A stretch of DNA of 64,000 bases from an uncultured Verrucomicrobiae bacterium (GTDB lineage: Bacteria > Verrucomicrobiota > Verrucomicrobiia > Chthoniobacterales > JAATET01), in contig CAVRCI010000002.1 in the NCBI GenBank assembly GCA_963719495.1, forward strand, positions 416,001 to 480,000. Direction: 5' to 3'. The notes below the pieces were generated by a model, which saw only the letters and a list, made by a program, of their open reading frames with translations, made no database searches and had not been told where the DNA came from. Shown piece by piece: positions 48,481-57,695 of the stretch (position 1 is the first letter of the stretch; the number at the start of each line of letters is the position of its first letter). A program made the position numbers and the translations under genes.

Positions 48481-49307
48481 CGGTCCTCCTTTTCCTGGGC
48501 TTCGACACCGAGGCGTTCGGCGAGGCTCCAGCTTTGCATCGTGTCGATCTTGCCGCTTTTGAAGACGACGAAACCTCCCACCATACCGAAGGCGACCTGA
48601 CAGACCACGAACCACGGCCAATCGATGCGGGCGGCGAGGGCGGGGTCGATGATGCCGATGACGGGGTAGAGCATCCCGGTCCAAATGAGCGGCATGATGA
48701 TGCCACCCCAGAACCACTGGAATTTGTCGGGCAGCATCGGAAGGATGGTCGTGTAGAGGAGGCCAATGAGGATCGAGATCGAACCGTGCGCGATGATGGC
48801 GACGACGAGACCGATGAGACTGAAACTTCGGAGCGTTTCGAGATCGGCGTTGGCCAGTGTGCTGACGCCGGCGGCGGCGAGAAGATTGATCGGATACCAG
48901 ATGCTGCCCTCCCAGATGATGCCGTAAAGCATCGCCAGCACGGCCATGACGGCTCCACCGACGAGACCGCCGAAAGCACCCGCGGTGTAGGGATGAACCT
49001 CGACCGGGATCCGCGCCCGGTGCCCCATTTTACCAACCCGAAGGTGACCCACGGAGCGTCCGGAAGTCTTGATGGCAGCCGGGCGTTCGCCGGGAGGCCG
49101 GATCGGGACGGCTTCGTGCCGAGAGTAAGGGAGGCACTCGCGGAACCAGCCGACCGCGGCGAAGAGTCCGCAGATCAGGCCGATCCCGCTGACAAACAGG
49201 TTCGTCACGAGGCCGGCAAAGATGAGGGCAAGGCCGAAGGCCGCGACCAGCGGCCAGGCCGTCGGCGTGGGGAGCTCGATTTGGTTGGGATCGTTGTGGT
49301 CGTCCAT
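48477..49307 (-). CDS. Membrane protein with CtaF/subunit IV-like N-terminus
   Basis: LPTPTAWPLVAAFG motif; about 6 TMs; between ctaE and cytochrome c. Confidence 0.6.
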   Translation of the reverse strand: MDDHNDPNQIELPTPTAWPLVAAFGLALIFAGLVTNLFVSGIGLICGLFAAVGWFRECLPYSRHEAVPIRPPGERPAAIKTSGRSVGHLRVGKMGHRARIPVEVHPYTAGAFGGLVGGAVMAVLAMLYGIIWEGSIWYPINLLAAAGVSTLANADLETLRSFSLIGLVVAIIAHGSISILIGLLYTTILPMLPDKFQWFWGGIIMPLIWTGMLYPVIGIIDPALAARIDWPWFVVCQVAFGMVGGFVVFKSGKIDTMQSWSLAERLGVEAQEKEDR

Positions 49308-49308
49308 A

Positions 49309-49944
49309 TCAGAAGGGGATCAGGCCCGCGCTGACCACGTAGACGACCAGGAGGACGACGGCCCAGATGGCGTCGACGAAGTGCCAATACCAGGAAATCA
49401 TTTGAACGCGCTCGAATTGGTCGGGTTTGACGTGGCCGAGCATGCTGAGAATCCACACGAGGCTGAGCAGGATGAGCCCGACGATGACGTGAAACGCGTG
49501 GAGACCGACGAGCGCGTAGAAGGTCGAACCGAACACGTTTGATTGAATCGTGAGCCCGTCGTGGACGATGAGCGTGCGCCACTCGAAGGCGGTGAAACCG
49601 ATGAAGAAGAAACCGAGCAGGCAGGTGACACCCCACCAGAGGTGAAAGGCTCCGGGCGCGCCCCGATGGAAGGCCCGCTCGGCGACGACGACCGTGAAGC
49701 TGCTCCCGAAGAGCGCGATGCTGGCGAGGATGGGGAATTTCAGAACGTCGACCGCGTAGGGTCCGTTCAGGCTCTTCCCGATGTAGAAAAGGTAGGCGAC
49801 GACGAAGATCGTGAAGAGCGCGCTTTCCGTGAAGATGAGCGCCGCGATGCCGACCTTCCGGATGGAAGGCAGCGTCCAGGGATGCAGATCCTCCGGCGGC
49901 ACCGGATCGTTGATCATGAGATCGTCGGTGGACGAGTCAGTCAT
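49309..49944 (-). CDS. ctaE: Heme-copper oxidase subunit III
   Basis: IFTESALF, FY.LVGLHAFHV, YWHFVDAIW. Confidence 0.93.
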   Translation of the reverse strand: MTDSSTDDLMINDPVPPEDLHPWTLPSIRKVGIAALIFTESALFTIFVVAYLFYIGKSLNGPYAVDVLKFPILASIALFGSSFTVVVAERAFHRGAPGAFHLWWGVTCLLGFFFIGFTAFEWRTLIVHDGLTIQSNVFGSTFYALVGLHAFHVIVGLILLSLVWILSMLGHVKPDQFERVQMISWYWHFVDAIWAVVLLVVYVVSAGLIPF

Positions 49945-51631
49945 ACTTCCAATCGGGGTCCTCCGGGTGTTTGAGATCCCACAGCGGGCGGCGGGACCGC
50001 ACGACGGGGAGTTTTTCGAAATTGTATTCGGCCGGTGGCGAGGTCGTCGTCCATTCCAGCGTCCAGGCGTCCCACGGGTCGTCGCCCGCGGGTTTGCCCT
50101 TGAAGTAGGACCACACGAGATTCACCACGAAAGCGAGAATGCCGCCCGCTTGGAAGGCGACGCCAATGGTCGAAATCAAGTTCCAAATTTCCCACCCACG
50201 CCCCGGTTCGTAGGTAAAAATCCGGCGCGGCATCCCGAGGATGCCGGAGACGTGCTGCGGCGCGAAGGTGACCGTGAACCCGATGATGAAGAGCCAGAAA
50301 TGCCAGTGGCCCAGGCGGACGTCCAGCATTCGGCCGAAAGCCTTGGGATACCAATAGTAGATGCCCGCAAAGATCGTGAAGAGCAGGCCGCCGATCAGGA
50401 CGTAATGGAAGTGGGCGACCACGAAATACGAGTCGCTGAGCTGCCAATCGAACGGGGCCACGGCCAGCATCACGCCGGTGAGGCCCGCGATCAGAAATTG
50501 GAACAAAAACGCGATGCAGAACATCATCGGCAATTCCAGCCGCAGCTTGCCGCCGTACATCGTGCCGAGCCAATTGAAGATTTTGATGCCGGTCGGAACG
50601 GCAATGATCATCGTCGAAATCGCGAAGAACGTGTTGCCGAGCGACGTCATCCCGACCGTGAACATGTGGTGGGCCCAGACCCCCAGGCTGATGAACGCGA
50701 TCATCACCGTGGCGGCGACCATGATGGGATAGCCGAAAATGGGTTTCCGCGAGAAGACGGGGATGATTTCCGACGCCATCGCGAAACCAGGTAGGATCAG
50801 GATGTAAACCTCGGGGTGTCCGAAGATCCAAAAAAAGTGCTGCCAAAGAACGGCCGATCCACCCGCCTGCGTGTCGAAGAATTTCGCGCCGAGGTAGCGG
50901 TCGAGCGACAGCATGATCTGGCACGCTGAGAGCGATGGCATCGCGATCAGAATGAGGAACGCGGTCACGAACAACAGCCAAACGAAGAGCGGCATCCGGC
51001 CCAGCGTCATTCCCTTGCAGCGGAGGCAAATGATCGTGACGACGATGTTGAGCGACGTCGCGATGCTGCCGATGCCGCTCAGGAGCAGACTCAGCGTCCA
51101 ATAATCCGTCGAATGGCCGCGGGAAAACGCCTTGGCGGTGAGCGGCGAATAAGCGAACCAGCCGACGTCCGGGGCGGAACCCGCCCCGTAAAGTCCCTGC
51201 GCGCCGAGGTAGCTGAAGTAGAACAACGCGCCCGAGAACGCGAAGACCCAGAAGCCAAAAGCGTTCAAGCGGGGGAACGCCATGTCGCGGGCCCCGATCA
51301 TGAGCGGAACGAGGTAGTTGCCGAGACCGATGATGATGGGCATGCCGACGAAGAAGACCATCGCCGTGCCGTGCATCGTGAAGAGGCGATTGAAGACGTC
51401 GGGCTCGACGAAGTCGTTCTTGGGAACCGCCAGTTGGATGCGGATGGCGGCCGCCATGAGCCCGGCGACCACGAAAAAGAAGAGGCCCATGCCGATGTAC
51501 ATCAACCCGATTTTCTTGTGATCGACGGTGTAAAGCAGCGATTGGAAGATGCTCGTGAGCGCGCCGGGTTCCTCGCCGGGGCGCGCGGGTGCGATGGGGA
51601 TTTCGCGGGTGGTCGTGGTTGCGCTTGGCAC
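49937..51631 (-). CDS. ctaD: Cytochrome c oxidase subunit I, A1 type
   Basis: DHKKIG, MHGT, FGHPEVY, WAHHM, VAHFHY, GMPRR. Confidence 0.97.
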   Translation of the reverse strand: MPSATTTTREIPIAPARPGEEPGALTSIFQSLLYTVDHKKIGLMYIGMGLFFFVVAGLMAAAIRIQLAVPKNDFVEPDVFNRLFTMHGTAMVFFVGMPIIIGLGNYLVPLMIGARDMAFPRLNAFGFWVFAFSGALFYFSYLGAQGLYGAGSAPDVGWFAYSPLTAKAFSRGHSTDYWTLSLLLSGIGSIATSLNIVVTIICLRCKGMTLGRMPLFVWLLFVTAFLILIAMPSLSACQIMLSLDRYLGAKFFDTQAGGSAVLWQHFFWIFGHPEVYILILPGFAMASEIIPVFSRKPIFGYPIMVAATVMIAFISLGVWAHHMFTVGMTSLGNTFFAISTMIIAVPTGIKIFNWLGTMYGGKLRLELPMMFCIAFLFQFLIAGLTGVMLAVAPFDWQLSDSYFVVAHFHYVLIGGLLFTIFAGIYYWYPKAFGRMLDVRLGHWHFWLFIIGFTVTFAPQHVSGILGMPRRIFTYEPGRGWEIWNLISTIGVAFQAGGILAFVVNLVWSYFKGKPAGDDPWDAWTLEWTTTSPPAEYNFEKLPVVRSRRPLWDLKHPEDPDWKYD

Positions 51632-51731
51632 TGAGTTGAGAGTTGAAGGGTTGGCTTGGAAGGCTTGGATTACTGGGGGTTCCCGGCGTTGCCGAACTTC
51701 GGCGGCTGGAAGCCGATGCTCCTTGGAGTCA

Positions 51732-52844
51732 TCATTCGAGCGTTTGGAGGTAGGTTACGATGTGGTCGATGTCGGAGTCGACGAGTTGCATGGCTGGCAT
51801 GAGGGCACCGGGCTTCATGTCGTGGGCTTCGGGATCCTTGATCCAATCGAAGAGGACCTTCGGAGTGTTGGGAAGCGACCCGCCGGCGATCGTCGTGCGG
51901 GTCGCCAGCTTGGTGAGGTCCGGGCCGAAGACGCGGGCTCCGAGGGCCCCGTCGACCACGTGGCAGTTGATGCAGGAATTCGCCGCGAAGAGCTGTCGGC
52001 CCAGCTCGACCGCGGGATCCGGGGACGTCGCCGGCGGGAGCAATTGCTGATTTCTCGCCCAAGCCTCGTAGTCCTCCGGTTTCTCGACGAAGACGCGCAG
52101 GAGCATATTTGCGTGCTGGGTGCCGCAGTATTCGGCGCAATTCCCAAGAAAAAGTCCGGTCTCGGTCGGCTCCAGCCACAGCTCGTTCGTGCGGTTGGGG
52201 ATCACGTCGGTTTTGCCGTTGAGCTGGGGCACCCAGAAACTGTGAATCACGTCGGCGGATTGGAGGGCCACACGGGTTGGGCGGCGGTCTTCGTCGGTGC
52301 TCAGTGGGATGTGGATCTCGTTGGCAGTCGTGAAGATCGTCTCGCCCGAAGCATTGAGATACTGCACCTCCCACCACCACTGGTGGCCGACGACTTTGAT
52401 GTCGAGAGCACTTTCGGGCAGCCGGGCATTCTGGATGTCCGCGATCGTTCGCGCGGTGACGAGCACGAGAACGACGGTGATCAAAATCGGCAGGACGGTC
52501 CACGCGAGCTCGATCTGGGTGCTTCCGTAGACCTGTGGTGGTTCCTGGTCGTCGTCACCGGGGCGGCGGCGGAATTTGAAAATCGTGTAGGTGAGAAGGC
52601 CGGCGACGACCACGAAAATACCCGCGCAGATGAGCAGAACGAGGAGCGACACCTCGTGGATCATGAGCGCCGGGGTCGACTTCGGGTCGAACATGTTGGA
52701 GACCGCGTGAGTGGTCACTCCATCGACGACCGTTTGGGCGGTCAGGCCGCTCGGTAGCGAGACCACGAAAACAGCCACGACGCGGCGCAGCCAAGGCGAC
52801 GAAGGCCACTTCCCAGAATTGCGTGAAGCCGTCGCGTGAACCAC
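51732..52844 (-). CDS. coxB: Cytochrome c oxidase subunit II with fused cytochrome c (caa3 type); start uncertain
   Basis: ELAWT, GHQWWW, DVIHSFW, CAEYCGTQHANM (CuA), CINCH, GPDL, PGALMP. Confidence 0.93.
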   Translation of the reverse strand: MVHATASRNSGKWPSSPWLRRVVAVFVVSLPSGLTAQTVVDGVTTHAVSNMFDPKSTPALMIHEVSLLVLLICAGIFVVVAGLLTYTIFKFRRRPGDDDQEPPQVYGSTQIELAWTVLPILITVVLVLVTARTIADIQNARLPESALDIKVVGHQWWWEVQYLNASGETIFTTANEIHIPLSTDEDRRPTRVALQSADVIHSFWVPQLNGKTDVIPNRTNELWLEPTETGLFLGNCAEYCGTQHANMLLRVFVEKPEDYEAWARNQQLLPPATSPDPAVELGRQLFAANSCINCHVVDGALGARVFGPDLTKLATRTTIAGGSLPNTPKVLFDWIKDPEAHDMKPGALMPAMQLVDSDIDHIVTYLQTLE

Positions 52845-52990
52845 GAATGGTTTGATAGCAGGAGGGAGTCGAAAAGCCAATCCGATTGCGCGACATCGCT
52901 CACGTCTTCCGTCGCTTTCCAGGCTCTTCCGAATCACTGACCCTGAAAGGAGATAAGCCGCTCTGTTCGAGCGCTACGACGACGCAAGAC

Positions 52991-53027
52991 TAAAAAGGCC
53001 GCCGCAAGCTTTTCTTGCGGCGGCCTT
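52991..53027 (-). terminator. Rho-independent terminator downstream of tRNA-fMet 3' end
   Basis: 14-bp stem AAGGCCGCCGCAAG/CTTGCGGCGGCCTT, 5-nt loop, T-run on minus strand. Confidence 0.85.
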
Positions 53028-53032
53028 GAAAT

Positions 53033-53079
53033 TGGTTGCGGGAGTAGGATTTGAACCTACGACCTTCAGGTTATGAGCC
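53033..53079 (-). pseudogene. 3' fragment of initiator tRNA-Met(CAT), probable att-site remnant
   Basis: Reverse complement GGCTCATAACCTGAAGGTCGTAGGTTCAAATCCTACTCCCGCAACCA; D-arm and 5' acceptor strand absent. Confidence 0.88.
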
Positions 53080-53799
53080 GTATTAACTCACTCTAAACCA
53101 ACAACTAAAAACTCTGCATCTCTGATGAGAAGACGTGCATCATGAGCAACAAGTGCAACATGAGCGACTGACAGACACACATCGCACGATTTTTCGGACA
53201 CACAAGTTTGCATTTCTTGCGGCTGGCTATGGCGCGGCGCGGAAAGCACGAGGTTGCCGTCTAAGAAAGTTAGCGTAGCGGTTAACGATTCACGCTAAAC
53301 GCCACTGGCATGAGGTAAATCCATGCCGAGGCCATGAGGTTCTTGAAGTCGATCACCGACGCGTCTGCGGGGGTGCGATTTTGGATCGTTCCAGCACGCT
53401 CGGGACGTTGGTGCAGACTCTGGCAGACAGCCAAGCCACTTCGCTATATTGCCACTCTGCAATGCCGGTGCTGGTTGGAAGTCATTGAATGAGGGGATGT
53501 TCCGTGGTTCTCGGCGCTTTGTTGGATGGAGTGGTGGGCCTGCGAAGAAAGGCACGGGGGCGAGAAACGCGTTCGACCTAGCTAGACTCTTTCCTGACCA
53601 CTGTTTGAGTTTTTGCAGCGTGTCAAACTGCACCCCGCCGGTTGAGTTGGTGGCATTCTCAATTGCTGCATGCCTTCAATCAGAATAATTGACCGCGGCG
53701 TTGCGAACTAAGGAAAGTCGCTCTGAGAAAAGCCAGTTGGCTGCGGCTTCGGATCGACCATTGCGGTAGATTGAGGGGTGACCACGGCAATTGGTCTCC

Positions 53800-54564
53800 C
53801 TACTTGAGCGTCATCAAATACTCGTAACTTTGACGGAGCGAATCGAGGGGATCGCCGGGGGTGGTGTCCTGCTCGACGACGAACCATTGGCAGCCGGCGG
53901 CTTCGGCGGCGGGGATGATGCGGCTGAAATCGAGGGTGCCGGCTCCGATCTCGCAGAAGTGGGGTTTGTCCTCGGCGGTGTAGGTGTAGTCCTTGAGGTG
54001 AATGAGGGGGAGGCGGCCGGTGAGCTTTTCGCACCAGGCGGCGACGTCGCCGCCGCCGTAGTGGATCCAGTAGGTGTCGAGTTCGGCCTGGAGGTGGGCG
54101 GGGTTGGTTTCGTTGTAGATGCGGTCGAGGGCGGTGAGGCCGTCGGTTTTGACGAATTCGATGCCGTGGTTGTGGTAGGTGAGGGTGATGCCCGCTGCGG
54201 CCATCATTTTGCCGGCGGCGTCGAGGTCGGCGATGAGGGCGCCGAGGCTGGCGGGATCGGTCATGTCGACTCCGGCGGGCCAGGGGTAGGCGGTGAGTTT
54301 GCAGCGGAGCTTCTCGAGGCGGTCGATCACTTTGGCCGTGTCGTGGCGGATGGCGTCGCCGTCTTCGTGGGTGGCGCAACAGACGAGGCCTTCGCCGTCG
54401 AGGATGGTGTTGAGTTCCTCTTCGGGGATGGGTCCCATTCCGCTGACCTGGACGGCGGTGTAGCCGACGGCGCGGACACGCTCGAGGGTGGCGGCGATGT
54501 CGGCGGGGGTCCGGAGGAGATCCCGGCAGGTGTAGAGCTGGGCGGCGATTTGGGTGGGTTTCAT
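53800..54564 (-). CDS. Sugar phosphate isomerase/epimerase (xylose isomerase-like TIM barrel, IolE/MocC-like)
   Basis: QLYT.R, YHNH..EF, ELDTYW, IHLKD, EIG.G, VEQD. Confidence 0.88.
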   Translation of the reverse strand: MKPTQIAAQLYTCRDLLRTPADIAATLERVRAVGYTAVQVSGMGPIPEEELNTILDGEGLVCCATHEDGDAIRHDTAKVIDRLEKLRCKLTAYPWPAGVDMTDPASLGALIADLDAAGKMMAAAGITLTYHNHGIEFVKTDGLTALDRIYNETNPAHLQAELDTYWIHYGGGDVAAWCEKLTGRLPLIHLKDYTYTAEDKPHFCEIGAGTLDFSRIIPAAEAAGCQWFVVEQDTTPGDPLDSLRQSYEYLMTLK

Positions 54565-54642
54565 GATGGGGTCGTTGGGATTGGGGTCGGGGAGTTTGGC
54601 ACCTCGATGGCGGGAGGCCAGGTGGATTGGTGGCGCGGATGG

Positions 54643-56025
54643 TTAAGCCGTTAGATCTTCGTTGCGGTAGGCTTGGGCGAGGAGGGTGATGGGGTGGGCG
54701 ATGGTGAGGTCGGACTGGCTTTGGTCGATGCCGAATTGGAGTTGGACGGCGCAGCCGGGGTTGGCGGAGGCGATGACTTTCGCTTTGGTGCGGTGGACGT
54801 TGGTCATTTTACGGTCGAGGAGTTTTCGGGACATCTCGGGCTGGGTGATGTTGTAGATGCCGGCGCTGCCGCAGCACCAGGTGGACTCGGGGAGTTCTGT
54901 GAGGCGGAGGCCGGGGATGGCGCGGAGGATGGCGCGGGGTTGGCGGGTGATCTTCTGGCCGTGGCAGAGGTGGCAGGCTTCGTGGTAGGTGACGGTGATG
55001 GGCTCGGCGGGGGTGGGGTTTTTCGCGGGTTGGCGCGGGGCGCGGAAATCGATCTCGACGAGGTATTCGTGGATGTCCTTGAGCTTGCGGGACCAGGTGG
55101 CGGCGCGGTCGGCGTAGGTGGGGTCGTCGTGGAGGAGGTGGCCGTAGTTTTTGAGGTGGGAACCGCAGCCGGCGGCGTTGGTGATGATGGCGTCGAGGCG
55201 GTCGAGCGGGCCGGCGGCGGCTTCGAGGGCGTCGATGTTGCGGCGGAGAAGCTGGCGGGAGCGGTCGAGTTCGCCGTTGTGGGCGTGGAGGGAGCCGCAG
55301 CAGTGCTGGGCGCGGGGGGTGATGACTTCGCAGCCGTTGGCGAGAAGGACGTCGGCGGTGTCGCGGTTGACGTCGGGGCAGGTGAGATCCTGGACGCAGC
55401 CGGTGAGGAGGGCGACGCGGCGGGTGGCGGGGGTGGTCGCGGGCCGTTCGTGGGCGGCGATCTGGGCGTCGGAGAAGTGGCGGTGGATGCGGGGGGCGAG
55501 GGGTTCGAGTTCGCGGAGGCTGCGGGGGAGCAGGCGGGTGAGGCCGGTGCGGCGGACGAGGGATTCGAAGCCGCTGGCCTGGTGGAGATAGAGAAGGCGT
55601 CCGACGAGGCGGAGGAGGCGGGGGCGGGTGAAGAGCCGGCGGAGGGTGAGGGTGCGGACGAGATTGCGCCGGGGGGAGGCGCGGACGCCGGAGGCTTCGA
55701 TGTCGGCGCGGGCGCTTTCGAACATTTTGCCGTAGTGGACGTCGGCTGGGCAGACGGTCTCGCAGGCGAGGCAGCCGAGGCAGAAGTAGAGTTCGTCGCC
55801 GAAGGCGGGGGTGACGGGGAGGCGTTCTTCGGCGACGGCGCGCATGAGGGCGATGCGACCGCGGGGGCTGTTGCGCTCGAGTTTGGTCTCGTCGTAGGTG
55901 GGGCAGGTGGGCAGGCAGAGGCCGCAGTGGATGCACTGCTGGAGGACGGAGAAATCGAGGGCGGCGAGGTGGGGGGCGGGAGACGGGCCGGGCTTGCGGG
56001 GTGTGGGCGGGGCGGGTGGGGTCAT
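54643..56025 (-). CDS. glcF: Glycolate oxidase-like iron-sulfur subunit (start ATG 56025)
   Basis: CIHCGLCLPTCP, SPRGRI, CLGCLACETVCP, two CCG domains. Confidence 0.9.
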   Translation of the reverse strand: MTPPAPPTPRKPGPSPAPHLAALDFSVLQQCIHCGLCLPTCPTYDETKLERNSPRGRIALMRAVAEERLPVTPAFGDELYFCLGCLACETVCPADVHYGKMFESARADIEASGVRASPRRNLVRTLTLRRLFTRPRLLRLVGRLLYLHQASGFESLVRRTGLTRLLPRSLRELEPLAPRIHRHFSDAQIAAHERPATTPATRRVALLTGCVQDLTCPDVNRDTADVLLANGCEVITPRAQHCCGSLHAHNGELDRSRQLLRRNIDALEAAAGPLDRLDAIITNAAGCGSHLKNYGHLLHDDPTYADRAATWSRKLKDIHEYLVEIDFRAPRQPAKNPTPAEPITVTYHEACHLCHGQKITRQPRAILRAIPGLRLTELPESTWCCGSAGIYNITQPEMSRKLLDRKMTNVHRTKAKVIASANPGCAVQLQFGIDQSQSDLTIAHPITLLAQAYRNEDLTA

Positions 56026-57476
56026 GGGAGGTCGAAGATTTTGCCGGGATTGAGGAGGTTGTGCGGGTCGAGGGCGCGCTTGAGGAGGCGCATGGTGTCG
56101 AGGCTGGCGTCGCCGATGGCGGCGGGGAGGTAGGGCTTCTTCGCGAGGCCGACGCCGTGCTCGCCGGTGATGGTGCCGCCGAGGGCGATGGCGTGGTCGA
56201 AGATCTCGCGCATGGCGAGTTCGACGCGCTCCATCTCGGGGTGGTTGCGCTCGTCGGTGAGGAAGGTGGGGTGGAGGTTGCCGTCGCCCATGTGGCCGAA
56301 GGTGGCGACGCGGAGGTCGTATTTTTTTGCGCTGGCTTGGACGAAGTTCACCATGTCGGCGAGGGCGCTGCGGGGGACGGTGGCGTCCTCGAGGATGGTG
56401 GTGGGCGAGAGGCGGGCGAGGGCGGAGAAGGCGGAGCGGCGGGCGGTGGCGAGGCGGGTGGCTTCCTCCTCGGTGGTGGCGGTCTGGAAGCCGGACGCGC
56501 CGTGGGCTTCGGCGATGGCGCGGATGCGGGTGGCTTCGTCGTCGACGACGGCGGGGTGGCCGTCGGTCTCGATGAGGAGGATGGCTTCGGCGTCGAGGGG
56601 GAGGCCGACGTGGGCGAAGTCTTCGACGCAGCGGATGGTGGTGCGGTCGAGGAATTCGAGGGTGCAGGGGATGATTTTGGCGGCGATGATGGCGGAAACG
56701 GTCTCGGCGGCGGCGTCCATGCGGGCGTAGGTGGCGAGCATGGTGCGGCGGGCGGCGGGGAGGGGCACGAGTTTGAGGAGGATCCTGGTGACGATGCCGA
56801 GGGTGCCTTCGCTGCCGATGAAGAGGTCTTTCATCGAGTAGCCGGCGACGTCTTTGACGCATTTGTTGCCGTAGGTGACGATCTCGCCGCTGGCCATGAC
56901 GACCTCCAAGCCCATGACGTAGTCGCGGGTGATGCCGTATTTGAGGCCGCGGAGGCCGCCGGAGTTCTCGGCGACGTTGCCGCCGATGGTGGAGATTTTC
57001 ATCGAGCCGGGGTCGGGCGGGTAGAGGAGTCCGGCGGCGGCGGCGAGGTCGGAGATCTTCTGGGTGATGACGCCGGGTTCGACGTGGAGGGTGAGGTTTT
57101 TTTCGTCGAGCTCGAGGACGCGGTCCATCTTGACGAGGCAGAGGACGATGCAGTCGGGGACGGGGACGCTGCCGCCGCTGAGGCCGGTGCCGGAGCCGCG
57201 GGTGACGATGGGTGTGGCGTGGGCGGCGGCGAGCTTGACGACGGCGGCGACTTCTTCGGCGGTGGTCGGGAAGACGACGACTCCGGCTTCGCCGTGGAGG
57301 GCGGCGGTGCCGTCGAAGCCGTAGGTGAGGAGGTGCTCGGGGTCGGTGAGGACGCGGTCGGGGGGGAGGGTCGCGCGGAGCTGGGCGTGGAGGGTCGCGC
57401 GGAGCTGGGTGTGGAGGGTCGCGCGGAGCTGGGTGTGGAGGGTCGCGCGGAGCTGGGTGTGGGGAGGGGCGGGCAT
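56022..57476 (-). CDS. glcD: FAD-linked 2-hydroxyacid oxidase subunit
   Basis: RGSGTGLSGG, PPDPGS, TIGGNVAEN.GG, GSEGTLG, GHMGDGNLH, TGEHGVG, LNPGK. Confidence 0.9.
   Translation of the reverse strand: MPAPPHTQLRATLHTQLRATLHTQLRATLHAQLRATLPPDRVLTDPEHLLTYGFDGTAALHGEAGVVVFPTTAEEVAAVVKLAAAHATPIVTRGSGTGLSGGSVPVPDCIVLCLVKMDRVLELDEKNLTLHVEPGVITQKISDLAAAAGLLYPPDPGSMKISTIGGNVAENSGGLRGLKYGITRDYVMGLEVVMASGEIVTYGNKCVKDVAGYSMKDLFIGSEGTLGIVTRILLKLVPLPAARRTMLATYARMDAAAETVSAIIAAKIIPCTLEFLDRTTIRCVEDFAHVGLPLDAEAILLIETDGHPAVVDDEATRIRAIAEAHGASGFQTATTEEEATRLATARRSAFSALARLSPTTILEDATVPRSALADMVNFVQASAKKYDLRVATFGHMGDGNLHPTFLTDERNHPEMERVELAMREIFDHAIALGGTITGEHGVGLAKKPYLPAAIGDASLDTMRLLKRALDPHNLLNPGKIFDLP
57365..57460. 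repeat. 24-bp coding tandem repeat x4 (HTQLRATL)
   Basis: GGAGGGTCGCGCGGAGCTGGG(C/T)GT x4, one mismatch. Confidence 0.95.
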
Positions 57477-57489
57477 CGTGGCGGAGGGC

Positions 57490-57530
57490 TGGTGATTGGT
57501 GAGTGGTGATTGGTGAATGGTGAATGGTGG
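57490..57530. repeat. Heptamer tandem repeat (TGGTGAN x5-6)
   Basis: TGGTGAT TGGTGAG TGGTGAT TGGTGAA TGGTGAA TGGTGG. Confidence 0.85.
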
Positions 57531-57695
57531 TGGGTTTAGGGAGGGGGTGGGGTTGGGTGGGGGGCAATTGGTTTAACGGGTTTGGCTAACGGCTTAGGTG
57601 TTTCGGGCGGGCGGTCGCTTGATTCGGTGGGGGTGGCTATCCATGGGGGTGGCTATCCATTGTCTTTTTCCCTTACTCTTTCCTTCCCTCGATCC

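Noticed and set aside
53295..53633. 112-aa ORF in the low-GC segment next to the tRNA fragment
   Set aside because: No recognisable motif and atypical composition; cannot be supported as a gene
53625..53640. Possible missing 5' half of tRNA-fMet (minus strand CGGCGGGGTGCAG)
   Set aside because: Only a short partial resemblance, with no D-arm sequence
57365..57460. 24-bp repeats as a CRISPR array
   Set aside because: No spacers, in-frame within a CDS, and no cas genes in the window
54643..57567. Apparent 974-aa protein ending in GlcF
   Set aside because: The Arg/Pro-rich upstream part is an alternative frame of glcD; the real glcF starts at the ATGA overlap at 56025
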